Positions 52,636 to 62,439 of a stretch of 64,000 nucleotides of DNA are shown here, one piece after another (positions within the stretch are counted from its first letter, which is position 1; every line of letters begins with the position of its first letter). The translations under genes were made by a program, and so were the position numbers. The stretch is from an uncultured Nitrospiraceae bacterium. Lineage in GTDB: Bacteria; Nitrospirota; Thermodesulfovibrionia; Thermodesulfovibrionales; SM23-35. The stretch lies in NCBI GenBank assembly GCA_963727775.1, contig CAVSHB010000001.1:928001-992000 (forward strand), read 5' to 3'. The notes under the pieces were generated by a model, which was given only the letters and a program-made list of their open reading frames with translations, was not told where the DNA came from and did not search any database.

Positions 52636-53721
52636 CTACGAACTACCGCTGCTTACTCCTTTCTTTTTTAACCTAACGGGCATATAACCGCAAAAAGGCT
52701 CTTCTTCGAGATAATCTCCTTTAACGGCATAGGCCCTTGCCCTGCATCCGCCGCATACGGTCACATATTCACATGAACCGCACTTCCCTTTATATTTTTT
52801 GAAATCGCGCAATTCCTTGAAAAGTTCCGAATTTTCCCATATGTCCTTGAAAGACTGAGTCCTGATGTTCCCGGCAGGCTTTGGGAAATAACTGCACGGC
52901 AGCACATTTCCGTCCACGTCAATGAGCGCGATAAGCTGCCCTGCAATGCACCCCTTTGATCCGCCTGTAGAAAATTTGAGCGTTCTCCTCTCAAATTTCG
53001 AACTCTCTTCTTTTGATTTCTGTAAAACGATCCTGTAATAATGCGGGGCGCATGTCGGCCGCACCAGTAGTTTGTCTTCATCTTTTTCCATCCGGTAGTG
53101 CCACTCCAGGATTTTTTCATAATCTTCCTTGGAGATAAGTTCGTTCATAATCTCTTCACCCCTTCCCGTAGGGACTATCATAAACAGATACCAGGCAGTC
53201 GCACCGAGTTCTTTTGCGAGCCTGTATATCTTCGGAATCTCTTCCTGGTTCCTTTTTGTAAAGGATGAATTAATGATAAACTCGATGCCGTATTTCTTGA
53301 ATAACTTCGCGGCATTTATTGTGCCGGCGAACGCGCCCTTCTGGCTCCTGAAATCGTCATGCACCGCTTCTTCAGACCCGTCAAGGCTGAGAGAAACAAT
53401 TTTGATCCCCGAGTCCTTTATCTTCTCGCATATGCCGTCTGTTACGACAGTGCCGTTTGTTGCAAGACACATCCTCAGGCCTTTGTTCGTGCCGTACCTG
53501 GCGATCTCAAATACATCCTCTCTCAGCAAAGGTTCTCCGCCGGAAAGGACAATAACAGGTTTCGCATAACTCGTAATATCGTCAATGACCCTGTAGGCTT
53601 CCTCAGTAGGGAAATCCGGATGGGCCTTTACTTCAAGCTCTGAAGAAGAACGGCAGTGGACGCATCTGAGATTGCATCTCCTTGTTATTTCCCATGCTAT
53701 CCATTTGGGTGTAAATTCCAT
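52636..53721 (-). CDS. Radical SAM/SPASM protein, AhbD/NirJ-like heme biosynthesis family
   Basis: [50 protein letters not shown]. Confidence 0.85.
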   Translation of the reverse strand: MEFTPKWIAWEITRRCNLRCVHCRSSSELEVKAHPDFPTEEAYRVIDDITSYAKPVIVLSGGEPLLREDVFEIARYGTNKGLRMCLATNGTVVTDGICEKIKDSGIKIVSLSLDGSEEAVHDDFRSQKGAFAGTINAAKLFKKYGIEFIINSSFTKRNQEEIPKIYRLAKELGATAWYLFMIVPTGRGEEIMNELISKEDYEKILEWHYRMEKDEDKLLVRPTCAPHYYRIVLQKSKEESSKFERRTLKFSTGGSKGCIAGQLIALIDVDGNVLPCSYFPKPAGNIRTQSFKDIWENSELFKELRDFKKYKGKCGSCEYVTVCGGCRARAYAVKGDYLEEEPFCGYMPVRLKKKGVSSGSS

Positions 53722-53740
53722 TTAATCTCCGATCTTTAAA

Positions 53741-55378
53741 TTAATCATATTTATTAACCTCTGCCAAATTCCTGTCCCATACGTATTCCTCCAGCGCCTT
53801 GAGCAACGGCCCGAATGTCGACGTATCGAGGGCGGATATTGTGACGGCATTATAGCGCACAGCGAGATTTTGCGCCTCTTCATTGCTGATTTTGTCCGTT
53901 TTGTTAAAGACAATGAGCCTCGGTTTTTCATAGAGCTGCAAGTCCCTGAGAACGTTTTCAACAGATTCTATGTGCCGCTCATAGCGAGGATTTGAGGCAT
54001 CGACCAGGTGCAGTAATAAATCCGCATCTTCAAGTTCCTCAAGCGTCGCCCTGAATGCAGCCATGAGATCTTTCGGCAGATCCCGGATGAAACCAACCGT
54101 ATCAGTGACAACGACGTCCCTTTCCCTCGGCAGTCTCAGCCGTCTGCTCGCGGTATCGAGCGTTGCAAACAGTTTGTCTTCAACAAATACATAGCTTTTT
54201 GTGATGGAATTCAGGAGAGTTGATTTCCCTGCGTTCGTATATCCCACGATTGATACGATAGGGATGCCGGCTTCGACCCGCCGGTGTTTTCTCTGTTTCC
54301 TCGCTTCTACCAGGGATTTGAGTTCTTTTTCAAGAAGGGATATCCTGTCGCGTACGCGCCGTCTGTCGATCTCGAGTTTCATTTCACCGGGACCCCTCCC
54401 GCCGATGCCGCCCATAAGCCGGGACATGGCAGTACCTTTTCCCGTCAATCTTGGAAGCCTGTATTTAAGCTGCGCGAGTTCGACCTGGACCTTTCCGTCT
54501 CTGCTGTGGGCGCGCCTTGCAAAGATGTCCAGTATCAGCTGAGAACGGTCTATTACTTTAAGCTCCGTAAGCTCTCCGACTGCCTTTACCTGTGAAGGGC
54601 TTAATTCCTGATCGAATATCAGGAGAGTCGCCCCTTTATTAAGGGCGTTGATAATTAACTCCTTTAATTTCCCCTCACCCATGAGATACCTCGGGTTTAT
54701 ATCTTTCGGCCTTTGGATGACCGTATCAAGCACGAGGACGTCGCTTGAGCGGGCAAGCTCTCTTAATTCTTCGATGGAATCTTCCTGTTCATACCTGGAA
54801 GATTTCGAAACACTTACGAGTATTGCCCGTTCCCGTTTTTCATCCGGACTGAAAACCCTGTGTCTTTCCATCTCATCCTCCAAAGAACGTATAAAGGATG
54901 GAAAGTCGAAATCAAAGGTATAGAAATTCTGTTCACGCATGATTTCGAATGGCTTTGTCCCGGTAGGCATCAGATGGGCAGTAAAAATGTTTCCGGGAAG
55001 ACCGTTCCTGACTCCTATCGCCGCGAGGAGGTCGAGCCTGAGAAGGGAAAGGTCCGTAAGGTCATCCTGGTTCAAGGCTTCTTCATCCAGGTGGGTATGA
55101 ACGAGCCGGATTCCCCTCAATGCCTTCCTGCCAAGGGGATAATCTTCAAGTCCGGGTATAAATATTCCCTTAGCATCTCCGACAATGACATGCGTGACCT
55201 TGCCTGCCCTATTAATAAGAACGCCTATCTGCCGGTTTATTTCAGCGGAGAGTTCCGTTAAGTATCTTGCAAGCTCATGGGTTATTAATTCGTGTGGTAT
55301 CTTCCTTCTGTATATTCTTTCAAGAGAGTTCAGATAACTGGACTTAAGCCCTGACAAATTTCCGTAAAGTGCTGGTAT
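53741..55378 (-). CDS. hflX: GTPase HflX (long N-terminal form)
   Basis: ILDIFA.RA...GK.QVELAQL, GYTNAGKST, DTVGF, NKTD. The frame extends to ATA at 55378 behind a GGAGG. Confidence 0.95.
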   Translation of the reverse strand: MPALYGNLSGLKSSYLNSLERIYRRKIPHELITHELARYLTELSAEINRQIGVLINRAGKVTHVIVGDAKGIFIPGLEDYPLGRKALRGIRLVHTHLDEEALNQDDLTDLSLLRLDLLAAIGVRNGLPGNIFTAHLMPTGTKPFEIMREQNFYTFDFDFPSFIRSLEDEMERHRVFSPDEKRERAILVSVSKSSRYEQEDSIEELRELARSSDVLVLDTVIQRPKDINPRYLMGEGKLKELIINALNKGATLLIFDQELSPSQVKAVGELTELKVIDRSQLILDIFARRAHSRDGKVQVELAQLKYRLPRLTGKGTAMSRLMGGIGGRGPGEMKLEIDRRRVRDRISLLEKELKSLVEARKQRKHRRVEAGIPIVSIVGYTNAGKSTLLNSITKSYVFVEDKLFATLDTASRRLRLPRERDVVVTDTVGFIRDLPKDLMAAFRATLEELEDADLLLHLVDASNPRYERHIESVENVLRDLQLYEKPRLIVFNKTDKISNEEAQNLAVRYNAVTISALDTSTFGPLLKALEEYVWDRNLAEVNKYD

Positions 55379-55515
55379 AATAGCCTCCGATAATATTTAT
55401 AATATATTCTATCATAAGAATTTTTGAAATTATCAAAAAAGTAGACTCTCTTTATATTGCAGGACGAAAGTTTGTCATGAAGGATTACCTGGATTGAATT
55501 CGGAAGGAGGGTGAT

Positions 55516-56058
55516 ATGAAAATTATTGCGGAACGTACTGTGGATGGAAAAACTTTGCGCCTTATCCAGGGTGATATAACGGAAAGGGACGCAGAGGCAA
55601 TAGTAAACGCAGCCAATTCATATCTCCAGCACGGCGGGGGAGTCGCCGGCGCCATTGTGCGAAAGGGCGGGCAGATTATCCAGGAGGAGAGCGACAAAAT
55701 CGGATACGTTCCGGTTGGAGGAGCTGCCGTCACTGTTGCCGGCAAACTGCCTGCGAAATTCGTTATCCATGCAGTGGGCCCGAGAATGGGGGAGGGAGAC
55801 GAGGACAACAAGCTGAAAAGCGCGGTCCGCAGCAGCCTGCGGCTTGCATCGGAAAAAGGATTGAAGAGCATCTCCATCCCGGCCATAAGCTCCGGCATAT
55901 TCGGGTTCCCAAAGGACAGATGCGCGCTGATACTCATTCAGGAGACCCTGAAATATATCAGGGAGAATCCTCACAGCAGCATAGAAACAATCGAATTCTG
56001 TATTTATGACGATCTTACCATCGGTTACTTTCAAAATGAGTTTCAGGGAATCGGCTAA
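55516..56058 (+). CDS. Macro domain protein (YmdB-like)
   Basis: GDIT..AIVNAAN..GGGVAGAI, HAVGP, PAISSGIFGFP. Confidence 0.93.
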   Translation: MKIIAERTVDGKTLRLIQGDITERDAEAIVNAANSYLQHGGGVAGAIVRKGGQIIQEESDKIGYVPVGGAAVTVAGKLPAKFVIHAVGPRMGEGDEDNKLKSAVRSSLRLASEKGLKSISIPAISSGIFGFPKDRCALILIQETLKYIRENPHSSIETIEFCIYDDLTIGYFQNEFQGIG

Positions 56059-56141
56059 AGTTTAAGTTGAAAAAAAGCATAGGATTTGTGAAAATTATAC
56101 TCGCCTTTTAAAGAACAGTTGCAGGAGAATATTTACCAAAG

Positions 56142-57290
56142 ATGAAAAATAGAATGCATGACATAATTATAGTCGGAAGCGGTCCGGTAGGCGGGTATAC
56201 CGCATATTTACTGGCAAAAGAGGGTTTTGATGTAGGCATATTCGAGAAAAATCCATTTATAGGGAAGGATATAAACTGTACCGGCATTATTAGTGTCGAA
56301 TGTCTTAATAAACTTAATCTTGGAAGTGATGTCGTTGTCAGACCGATAAATTCCATTAAGGCGGTCTCTCCATCGGAAAACTTCCTGAGATATCAATCCT
56401 TAACCCCTTTGGCATACGTTGTGGATAGAAGTCTTTTTGACACAAAGATGAACAGTATGGCTGTGAGAGAAGGAGCAACAACCTATCTCAATTCTAAAGT
56501 CGTTATGGTCGATATTTCTGATAGTGCTTTTAAAATAAAGGTAAAGTCGGAAGGCGGGGAGCAAATATTCAGTTCAAAAATAGGGGTTATCGCTTCCGGG
56601 TTTGAAGTAAATTCTTTTCGGGGTGTGATCGAGAAACCAAAAAATATTCTGTTCGGTGCACAGACAGATGTGGAAATGTGCGATGTCGATGATGTCGAGG
56701 TCTACTTTGGAGAGAACATTGCACCCGGATCATTCGGATGGGTTGTGCCGACAAGCGATATGTCGGCAAAAATCGGCCTCATTGTGAAAAAAAATCCGGC
56801 GGGCTTATTAGGGAAATTCCTGAAAAATCCGTTAATTTCCCGCAGGCTCGGCTCCTTTGCCGGAAATATAAGATGCAGCCCCATTCCGGTCAGGAGGGTC
56901 CCGAAGAGTTACGCGGAAAGGCTTGTTATTGTAGGGGAAGCAGCAGGTCAGGTCAAAGCCACGACAGGAGGAGGGATTTATTTCGGGCTTCTCTGCGCGG
57001 AGATTGCGGCAGACACTATCATTAAAGCGTTCACGAGCGGAGATTTCAGTGAAAAGATGCTCAAAGAATACGAGTTGGCATGGAGGAAGAAGCTTGATCC
57101 TGAATTAAGGGCGGGAATTATGCTGAGGAATATATTTTCAAAATTGTCGGACAGTCAGATCGATTTCCTCATGGACCTCGCAAAGAGAGACGGTGTCCTG
57201 CCGTTGATCCAAAAGGCCCACTTCGACTGGCACCGGGATCTTATCACCTATCTCATCCGCCATCTCATCAAGAAAAATCTTTTCAGATAA
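56142..57290 (+). CDS. Geranylgeranyl reductase family FAD oxidoreductase
   Basis: GSGPVG Rossmann motif, DR..FD, FGWVVP, VGEAAGQVKATTGGGI. Confidence 0.85.
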   Translation: MKNRMHDIIIVGSGPVGGYTAYLLAKEGFDVGIFEKNPFIGKDINCTGIISVECLNKLNLGSDVVVRPINSIKAVSPSENFLRYQSLTPLAYVVDRSLFDTKMNSMAVREGATTYLNSKVVMVDISDSAFKIKVKSEGGEQIFSSKIGVIASGFEVNSFRGVIEKPKNILFGAQTDVEMCDVDDVEVYFGENIAPGSFGWVVPTSDMSAKIGLIVKKNPAGLLGKFLKNPLISRRLGSFAGNIRCSPIPVRRVPKSYAERLVIVGEAAGQVKATTGGGIYFGLLCAEIAADTIIKAFTSGDFSEKMLKEYELAWRKKLDPELRAGIMLRNIFSKLSDSQIDFLMDLAKRDGVLPLIQKAHFDWHRDLITYLIRHLIKKNLFR

Positions 57291-57327
57291 CAGATCGTCA
57301 ATATCCCAATCCGGCGGAGGGATTTGT

Positions 57328-57666
57328 CTATTCAGGAATTATAATAATCGCGGTATTCACTCCCCTGGTGATATATTTTACCGTTACCCTGTCCCCCCTT
57401 TTAATATCGGCAAGCATCCGCTGATCGGCCATGATGGTAATCCCATCTACTGTCAGATACTTTGCTGCCGCATCAGTTGCCGTAACCCTACCGGTAACCT
57501 GTTTTATCTTCTTATGACTCGTGGCCTTCTTTTTCTTTTTATCCTTGTCTTTAGCTTTATCCTTATCTACGATCGCAGTTGAGTCATCAGCCCCTGCCAC
57601 AAAGGAGGGCGGGGTAAGTGTAAATATAAACAGTAAGGAAATTACAACTGCCATTGCTTTCCGCAT
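57328..57666 (-). CDS. Exported hypothetical protein (small OB-fold-like)
   Basis: Signal peptide, Lys-rich linker, IKRGDRVTVKY. Confidence 0.6.
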   Translation of the reverse strand: MRKAMAVVISLLFIFTLTPPSFVAGADDSTAIVDKDKAKDKDKKKKKATSHKKIKQVTGRVTATDAAAKYLTVDGITIMADQRMLADIKRGDRVTVKYITRGVNTAIIIIPE

Positions 57667-57739
57667 TATAATTGCTCTTTTTTTTTACACATAAAACGTG
57701 AACTATGACAGGCAATCGACTGTCCGCACGAGTGAATTG

Positions 57740-57961
57740 CTATGCCTGTTCTCTGGATTCGCGTAATGCTTCTAATATTTCCTTTCGGGTTATCTTCTTG
57801 CCTAAGCCCAAAACATCAAATGGAGACCGCAGACCCTTAGATTTTGGGACAATGGAAAACATATCACCCTTACGACGACGAATTACAACTTCTTCTTTCT
57901 TTGATTCTTCAAGAATATCCGCCAGTTTTTCCCGCGCCTTAGAATACGTATATATTTTCAT
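57740..57961 (-). CDS. Phd/YefM-family antitoxin
   Basis: YTYSKAREKLADILE..EVVI.RR.G. Confidence 0.8.
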   Translation of the reverse strand: MKIYTYSKAREKLADILEESKKEEVVIRRRKGDMFSIVPKSKGLRSPFDVLGLGKKITRKEILEALRESREQA

Positions 57962-57964
57962 AAA

Positions 57965-58354
57965 TCATTCCACCACCTTTATTCCAAGATTTCTTGCAAC
58001 ATCACACATGCGGTTATCAAGGCTGATAAGCGGCAATCTGTTTTCAATACAACATTGCACATAATAAGCATCATATGCATATATATTGAACCGAAGGGCA
58101 ATTTTCATAGCATCAGATATCTGCACCGGCACTATCTTAACCGGAATTTTCTGAGAGATATCGAATGCACGAAGGATTTCACGGTCGGTGAGACGCCCTT
58201 TTCTTCTCACAGCGATTAAAGCATTGCCAATCTCATAGGGCAAGACTTCCGGAGAAATTATGCTATATCCGGCTGTCTTTTCAATAATCCATCCACGATC
58301 ATTCTCGTCAAGGGCAATTGATAAAAATACGCTTGCATCCGAAACAATTTCCAT
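57965..58354 (-). CDS. PIN-domain (VapC) toxin
   Basis: VSDAS, YEIGNAL, IYAYDAYY, SLD. Confidence 0.88.
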   Translation of the reverse strand: MEIVSDASVFLSIALDENDRGWIIEKTAGYSIISPEVLPYEIGNALIAVRRKGRLTDREILRAFDISQKIPVKIVPVQISDAMKIALRFNIYAYDAYYVQCCIENRLPLISLDNRMCDVARNLGIKVVE

Positions 58355-58360
58355 GATTTA

Positions 58361-58389
58361 ATTGTACAACTCATCTTTATAGTTGTCAA
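58361..58389 (-). promoter_or_regulatory. Sigma70 promoter of the vapC-phd pair (probably leaderless)
   Basis: TTGACA-N17-TACAAT, 6 nt before the ATG. Confidence 0.7.
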
Positions 58390-58469
58390 TATGCGTTGCT
58401 GTTGAATAGTTGAGGTCTTATAGGCCGCAGTTGGGGTGTCTCAATGGACTAGCGGTACTGGAAAAGACG

Positions 58470-58890
58470 TACCTATCTTCAGCGATGATGAACTACTTCG
58501 GTATCGCTGTGAAGTATAACGATGTCGTTGAACTGGCTCACTGGTTCAGAAGACGTATCCGCATGTGCTATCACGAAAGCTTTCGGGATGGCGCAGGGCG
58601 AAGGAGCGAATCGGTGAACTGATTAAGCTCGGCGCGCCAAGATATCATGCGATTCTTACTGGGTTGAGCAGTAAAGGCTATTGGCATCTTGCGAAAACTC
58701 TGTCGACGAATTGCGGTTTGGGCAACGACTGCTTGCAGAAGCAGGGGCTCACTTCCATACGAACATTGTGGATTGGGATTCACTATCCGACCAAGACGTG
58801 ATCAGGTCTTTGCCGGGGATTTCTACGAAACGCCCATTGCGGACCCGCACGATGGGTGTTGTGGGGAGGGACGGTTAATTATCGCCTTCG
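58470..58890 (+). pseudogene. Group II intron 3' remnant (maturase X-domain fragment, D5 and partial D6), class C-like
   Basis: MNYFG..WFRRRIRMCY / SSKGYWHL..QGL.S..W..IHYP, then gaaacgcccattgcggacccgcacgatgggtgttgtggggagg at 58827. Confidence 0.85.
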
Positions 58891-58907
58891 GTTAAATATT
58901 TACCAGG

Positions 58908-60026
58908 CTATATGCGTCTCAGCCCGGGGATCGCCGGATAAAGGAACCAGAGATAGCGCTGATGAAAACCCGCTCTGGATTTAATAATCGGTTTATATAT
59001 TAAATCCGTGCTGTATGGGTGCGTTGCGTTAAAAAATTTTTTTGCAAGATAGCACAGCCACCACCATTGGTTCACGCGGCGGAATTCCTGCAAAGCTTTA
59101 TCTTTGTCTTTTATTGCGATTGTGGCGATTTTCCCGGACACGAGCGCGCCATGAACGCCTAAAACCCAGGAGGGATCCTGAACACCCGCCAGCGTTCCCG
59201 TGAGAATAAACCGATCATGAAAAAGCCGTGGATTGAGCAATGAACCCGTGGGCGTACCCACATAATCCTCGATTATTCTCCAATCGCTGAAATCCAATCC
59301 CTCGTCCTCTTTCAGCCGCCTTGGAAACCACTCCTGGGCCGCTGCGGAAATGCTCGCTCCCCGCTGAAAGAGAATCGCGGCCCCTATGCCGTTGATAATG
59401 GTGAAATAGCCGTAATCTTTCGTATATTTATCCAGATATACGATTGCTTCCGGTCCTTGATATTGCTTGAATTCTTGAATGGCAAAATACGCATACGCCG
59501 GCACGAACGGCACATCGAGAGCGATAAAGGACTGACGGAACATGCCGGTCGCGATAATGCTTCCCGAAGGGAGTTCGGAAAAATCCTTCTTGGACTCCAC
59601 GGCCACGTTATATCGGAATTTTACTCCCGCATTGCGGGCGGTATGATACAGATGGGAATCAAGCGAGGATGACCGCGCACCGCGTTCGACGAGTTTCATG
59701 TGCAAAGCCTCCGGGAAATGCATTTCGCATTTTGTTCCAGAAATATAAAAACGCGCCGAGGGTAACGGGGTAAAATAGTCGATATGATTGCTTTTTTCTG
59801 TATCGGGCAAGAGATCAAACCCAAGATAGTGCGATAGCCGTTCGATATCGAATGGTGTCATGTCGGCAATCGCAAATGGTCTTTTCAGTCTTGCTTCCTG
59901 GTCCAGGGCGACACCGCCGATAGCATTTCCCTTGTCCCAGATTTCAACTTCATAGCCGTCGCGGGCCAAACAGATTCCCGCGGTCATCCCCGAAAGACTG
60001 GCGCCGACGATAAGTATTTTACTCAT
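58908..60026 (-). CDS. FAD-dependent oxidoreductase
   Basis: ILIVGASLSG..LAR.G..V Rossmann motif; GTLAG.QDP. Confidence 0.8.
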   Translation of the reverse strand: MSKILIVGASLSGMTAGICLARDGYEVEIWDKGNAIGGVALDQEARLKRPFAIADMTPFDIERLSHYLGFDLLPDTEKSNHIDYFTPLPSARFYISGTKCEMHFPEALHMKLVERGARSSSLDSHLYHTARNAGVKFRYNVAVESKKDFSELPSGSIIATGMFRQSFIALDVPFVPAYAYFAIQEFKQYQGPEAIVYLDKYTKDYGYFTIINGIGAAILFQRGASISAAAQEWFPRRLKEDEGLDFSDWRIIEDYVGTPTGSLLNPRLFHDRFILTGTLAGVQDPSWVLGVHGALVSGKIATIAIKDKDKALQEFRRVNQWWWLCYLAKKFFNATHPYSTDLIYKPIIKSRAGFHQRYLWFLYPAIPGLRRI

Positions 60027-60306
60027 AATTCTTCACCATTGCTTTGATTCGGCTCTTTCAGGCATTACTCCGCTGGCGCTTATCAGCCTTGTCTCTATAC
60101 GACTTGCTGCGCTCTTGCCCCCCTCCTACTCGCCGAGCAACCTACGCCAACGAGTCTGTAGAATAAGTCCTCTTTGATACCAAGTACCGAAATTTAGGGG
60201 GTCTCTTACCCCTTCGACAGTCCGAGATCGTTTAATATAGCGCATTCTACGCATTCGATTTTTTCAATCTCATAACAAATATTTTGTCAAGTGGCTTTTT
60301 CTACAG

Positions 60307-60396
60307 CTTCAACGTGATAAATCAGCGGCGCAGGCAACTACCTTTGTGAAAATTAAACAGAGGCTAATCTGCGTCCGCTGGATTTTTTTGTTAGAT
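60307..60396 (-). other. attC site 2
   Basis: Minus strand ATCTAAC..tccagcggacgcag...ctgcgccgctga..GTTGAAG; imperfect palindrome. Confidence 0.85.
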
Positions 60397-60661
60397 GAGT
60401 ATTTGTCTTAAATTGCAAGGGATATTTCTCAGGGTTTTCGAGATTGTCAATTTCTAAATCAACATCTAAATCTGGCCAGTATAAATGAAAACCATGGAGC
60501 AATTGAACATTTTGAATGGAATGCAATGTTTGATCTTTAAAGTAAGGATATTGTTTATAGCTCAGAAAATATTCCTTTTCTTTTACAAAAAGCCATATGC
60601 CGAAAGGTGTTATATTTTCAACGCTTACTGAAATGCTTTTGCCAGGCTTTGATAATTTCAT
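60353..60661 (-). CDS. DUF2442 family protein (TA-like cassette)
   Basis: GIWL..KEYFLSY..YPYF..HLYWPDLDVDL; the ORF runs into the attC. Confidence 0.82.
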   Translation of the reverse strand: MKLSKPGKSISVSVENITPFGIWLFVKEKEYFLSYKQYPYFKDQTLHSIQNVQLLHGFHLYWPDLDVDLEIDNLENPEKYPLQFKTNTHLTKKSSGRRLASV

Positions 60662-60859
60662 TTTTCTGCTCCTCGACAATTTCTTTAATGTCATATAATT
60701 TTTTTGTATTTAACCCATGATATACAGCTAATGATATTATAGGTTCTATCCAAAATTAGCCTCTCCATCCTCACATGTCACATGGATATGAATCCTTTCC
60801 TCTTCATTTGACAGGAAATAAAATCTATATCCCTTTTCCCTAAATATCGTCGGACTCAT
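60618..60859 (-). pseudogene. DUF4160 family protein, frameshifted
   Basis: MSPTIFREKGYRFYFLSNEEERIHIHV..EA then a one-base loss; the other frame gives FWIEP..AWQKHF. Confidence 0.78.
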
Positions 60860-60896
60860 ATTACTGTCATTTAATACAAATTATGATTTTTTTTCA

Positions 60897-61002
60897 ATCT
60901 AACGGAAAGCTCACCTGCGCGGCGGGTAGGAAGATAGACACCAGAAGCCTTCTCGGACATGGCACGATATTCCTCCGCGTCAGGTGCAGCGCCGGGTTAT
61001 GA
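60897..61002 (-). other. attC site 1
   Basis: Minus strand TCATAAC ccggcgctgcacctgacgcgg...ccgcgcaggtgagctttcc GTTAGAT. Confidence 0.88.
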
Positions 61003-61683
61003 CCCCGCCTTTGCTCCTTTCTGCTGTGTCGCCTTCTGCAAATAAGAATACAGCTTTATCTTCTCTTGACCTTCGCTTTCGCTAAGAAGCTGATCAAACG
61101 CTATGCTGTTGAAGAGGCATTTTTTAAAATCGATCACATCACCGGGTGCAGCTAACAGTAGCTGGCCGAAAACGCTGCCAAAACACGCCTCGTGTGCTAT
61201 GTTGCATATTTCTTCCAATGTCTTCAGAAAAGCCTCGTCCTCTCCTTCAGGAAAGGCTCCCAACGGCTTTCCCGCCAGAAAGGCTTCCTTATCCGAATGC
61301 GCCAACAACTTGTTTCTTGCTTGAAGCACATAGCCTCGAAAAACTTTTGTCTTTTCACTCAACACCCTGAGTTTGTCCTTTGCAGGAGGAGGCCAGTCAA
61401 TACTCATTACAAGATTCTCGACCGTGAAATTCTCGTTCTTGCCGCTTTTTGGAGGGTCTGTTATCTTTACGAATTCCAACAGCAAGTAATTCTGCAGAAT
61501 CGTATTTAGATGAGAAAAGAAAGACGATGCCGTCTTTTTCACGAGGACACGGGAATCCTCTTTCTCGAAGAGCTCTGCATACATATGATGTGTAATTCGT
61601 AGCCAAAAGACCTGGTTGCAAAACGTCTCAACCATGTCCTTTGCGTTCTTATCGCTATGCAATGTTATCTTGAGCATGGTCAT
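60997..61683 (-). CDS. HEPN AbiU2-like protein, integron cassette
   Basis: RNKLLAH (Rx5H) motif with upstream KITDP; the stop codon lies within the attC R'' box. Confidence 0.7.
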   Translation of the reverse strand: MTMLKITLHSDKNAKDMVETFCNQVFWLRITHHMYAELFEKEDSRVLVKKTASSFFSHLNTILQNYLLLEFVKITDPPKSGKNENFTVENLVMSIDWPPPAKDKLRVLSEKTKVFRGYVLQARNKLLAHSDKEAFLAGKPLGAFPEGEDEAFLKTLEEICNIAHEACFGSVFGQLLLAAPGDVIDFKKCLFNSIAFDQLLSESEGQEKIKLYSYLQKATQQKGAKAGS

Positions 61684-61689
61684 TCTCGA

Positions 61690-61740
61690 TCATAACAATA
61701 TTATTAACTGGTTTCTCGTTATCATACGCAACGACTAAAG
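61690..61740 (-). other. Probable attI site
   Basis: GTTATGA core immediately before the first cassette, complementary to that cassette's R'' TCATAAC; located between the cassette and divergent intI. Confidence 0.6.
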
Positions 61741-61928
61741 ATAATGCAATAAATTTGAACAATTATTAGGCATATGCTTATAATTGTTCAAATTTCTAAC
61801 TCGTTATGCATGCAAAATGAGTGGATAATGAGTTAACTTGTTATCTATTTATAAATATTACACCATGCGGTCTCTGCCGCATGTCCTTTTTATAGCGACC
61901 CACAGGGTAAACGCCCTGCGGTGTCGCA

Positions 61929-62148
61929 ATGAATTTATTTACGAGAGACATTCCCTCCGACATATTGAAACAGTTCAGCGACATGTTGAAGATACGTTCG
62001 GTCCCAACGATCTCTCACTCATACTATCTCAAGTGGCTTCGATACTACTTGGACTGTTGCTCGAAATACAGTAAGGACTACGATGATCTATACCCACTGC
62101 ATACCGAGCAAGACAGTGAAGGAGGCGAAGAGCCCTCTGGATTTCTGA
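61929..62148 (+). pseudogene. intI: Integron integrase remnant (N-terminus joined to C-terminal tail)
   Basis: ..YYLKWLRYYLD.CSKY, then in another frame VRTTMIYTHCIPSKTVKEAKSPLDF*. Confidence 0.82.
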
Positions 62149-62174
62149 AAACTTCAAGGACAAGAATACGTCAT

Positions 62175-62439
62175 CTACTTTCTATAAATATCTTTCCTGT
62201 GTCGCGCATGATAAATAGTCACAATCTTTTTTTCGGTGTCGACATGATAAATCACGCGGTAATCTCCAACCCTTAATCGATAACTTGATTCCGAACCTGT
62301 CATTTTTCGTGATTGAGGGGGGGAAAGGGTTCTCTGAAAGACTTTCAATGGCCTCAAAAATCTTTGGAATAAACTGCCTGTCAATCCTTCCGAGATCACG
62401 TTCTACGGAACCTTTCGTGTCTATCCTAAATAAGCCCAT
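62175..62439 (-). pseudogene. RelE/ParE toxin, frameshifted in a C7 run
   Basis: LSENPFP / RKM.GS..YRLRVGDYRVIY lie in different frames; G7 run at 62317-62323. Confidence 0.8.

Noticed and set aside
60030..60300. Third cassette or ncRNA after attC2
   Set aside because: No convincing ORF, matching R'' box or known RNA motif is visible.
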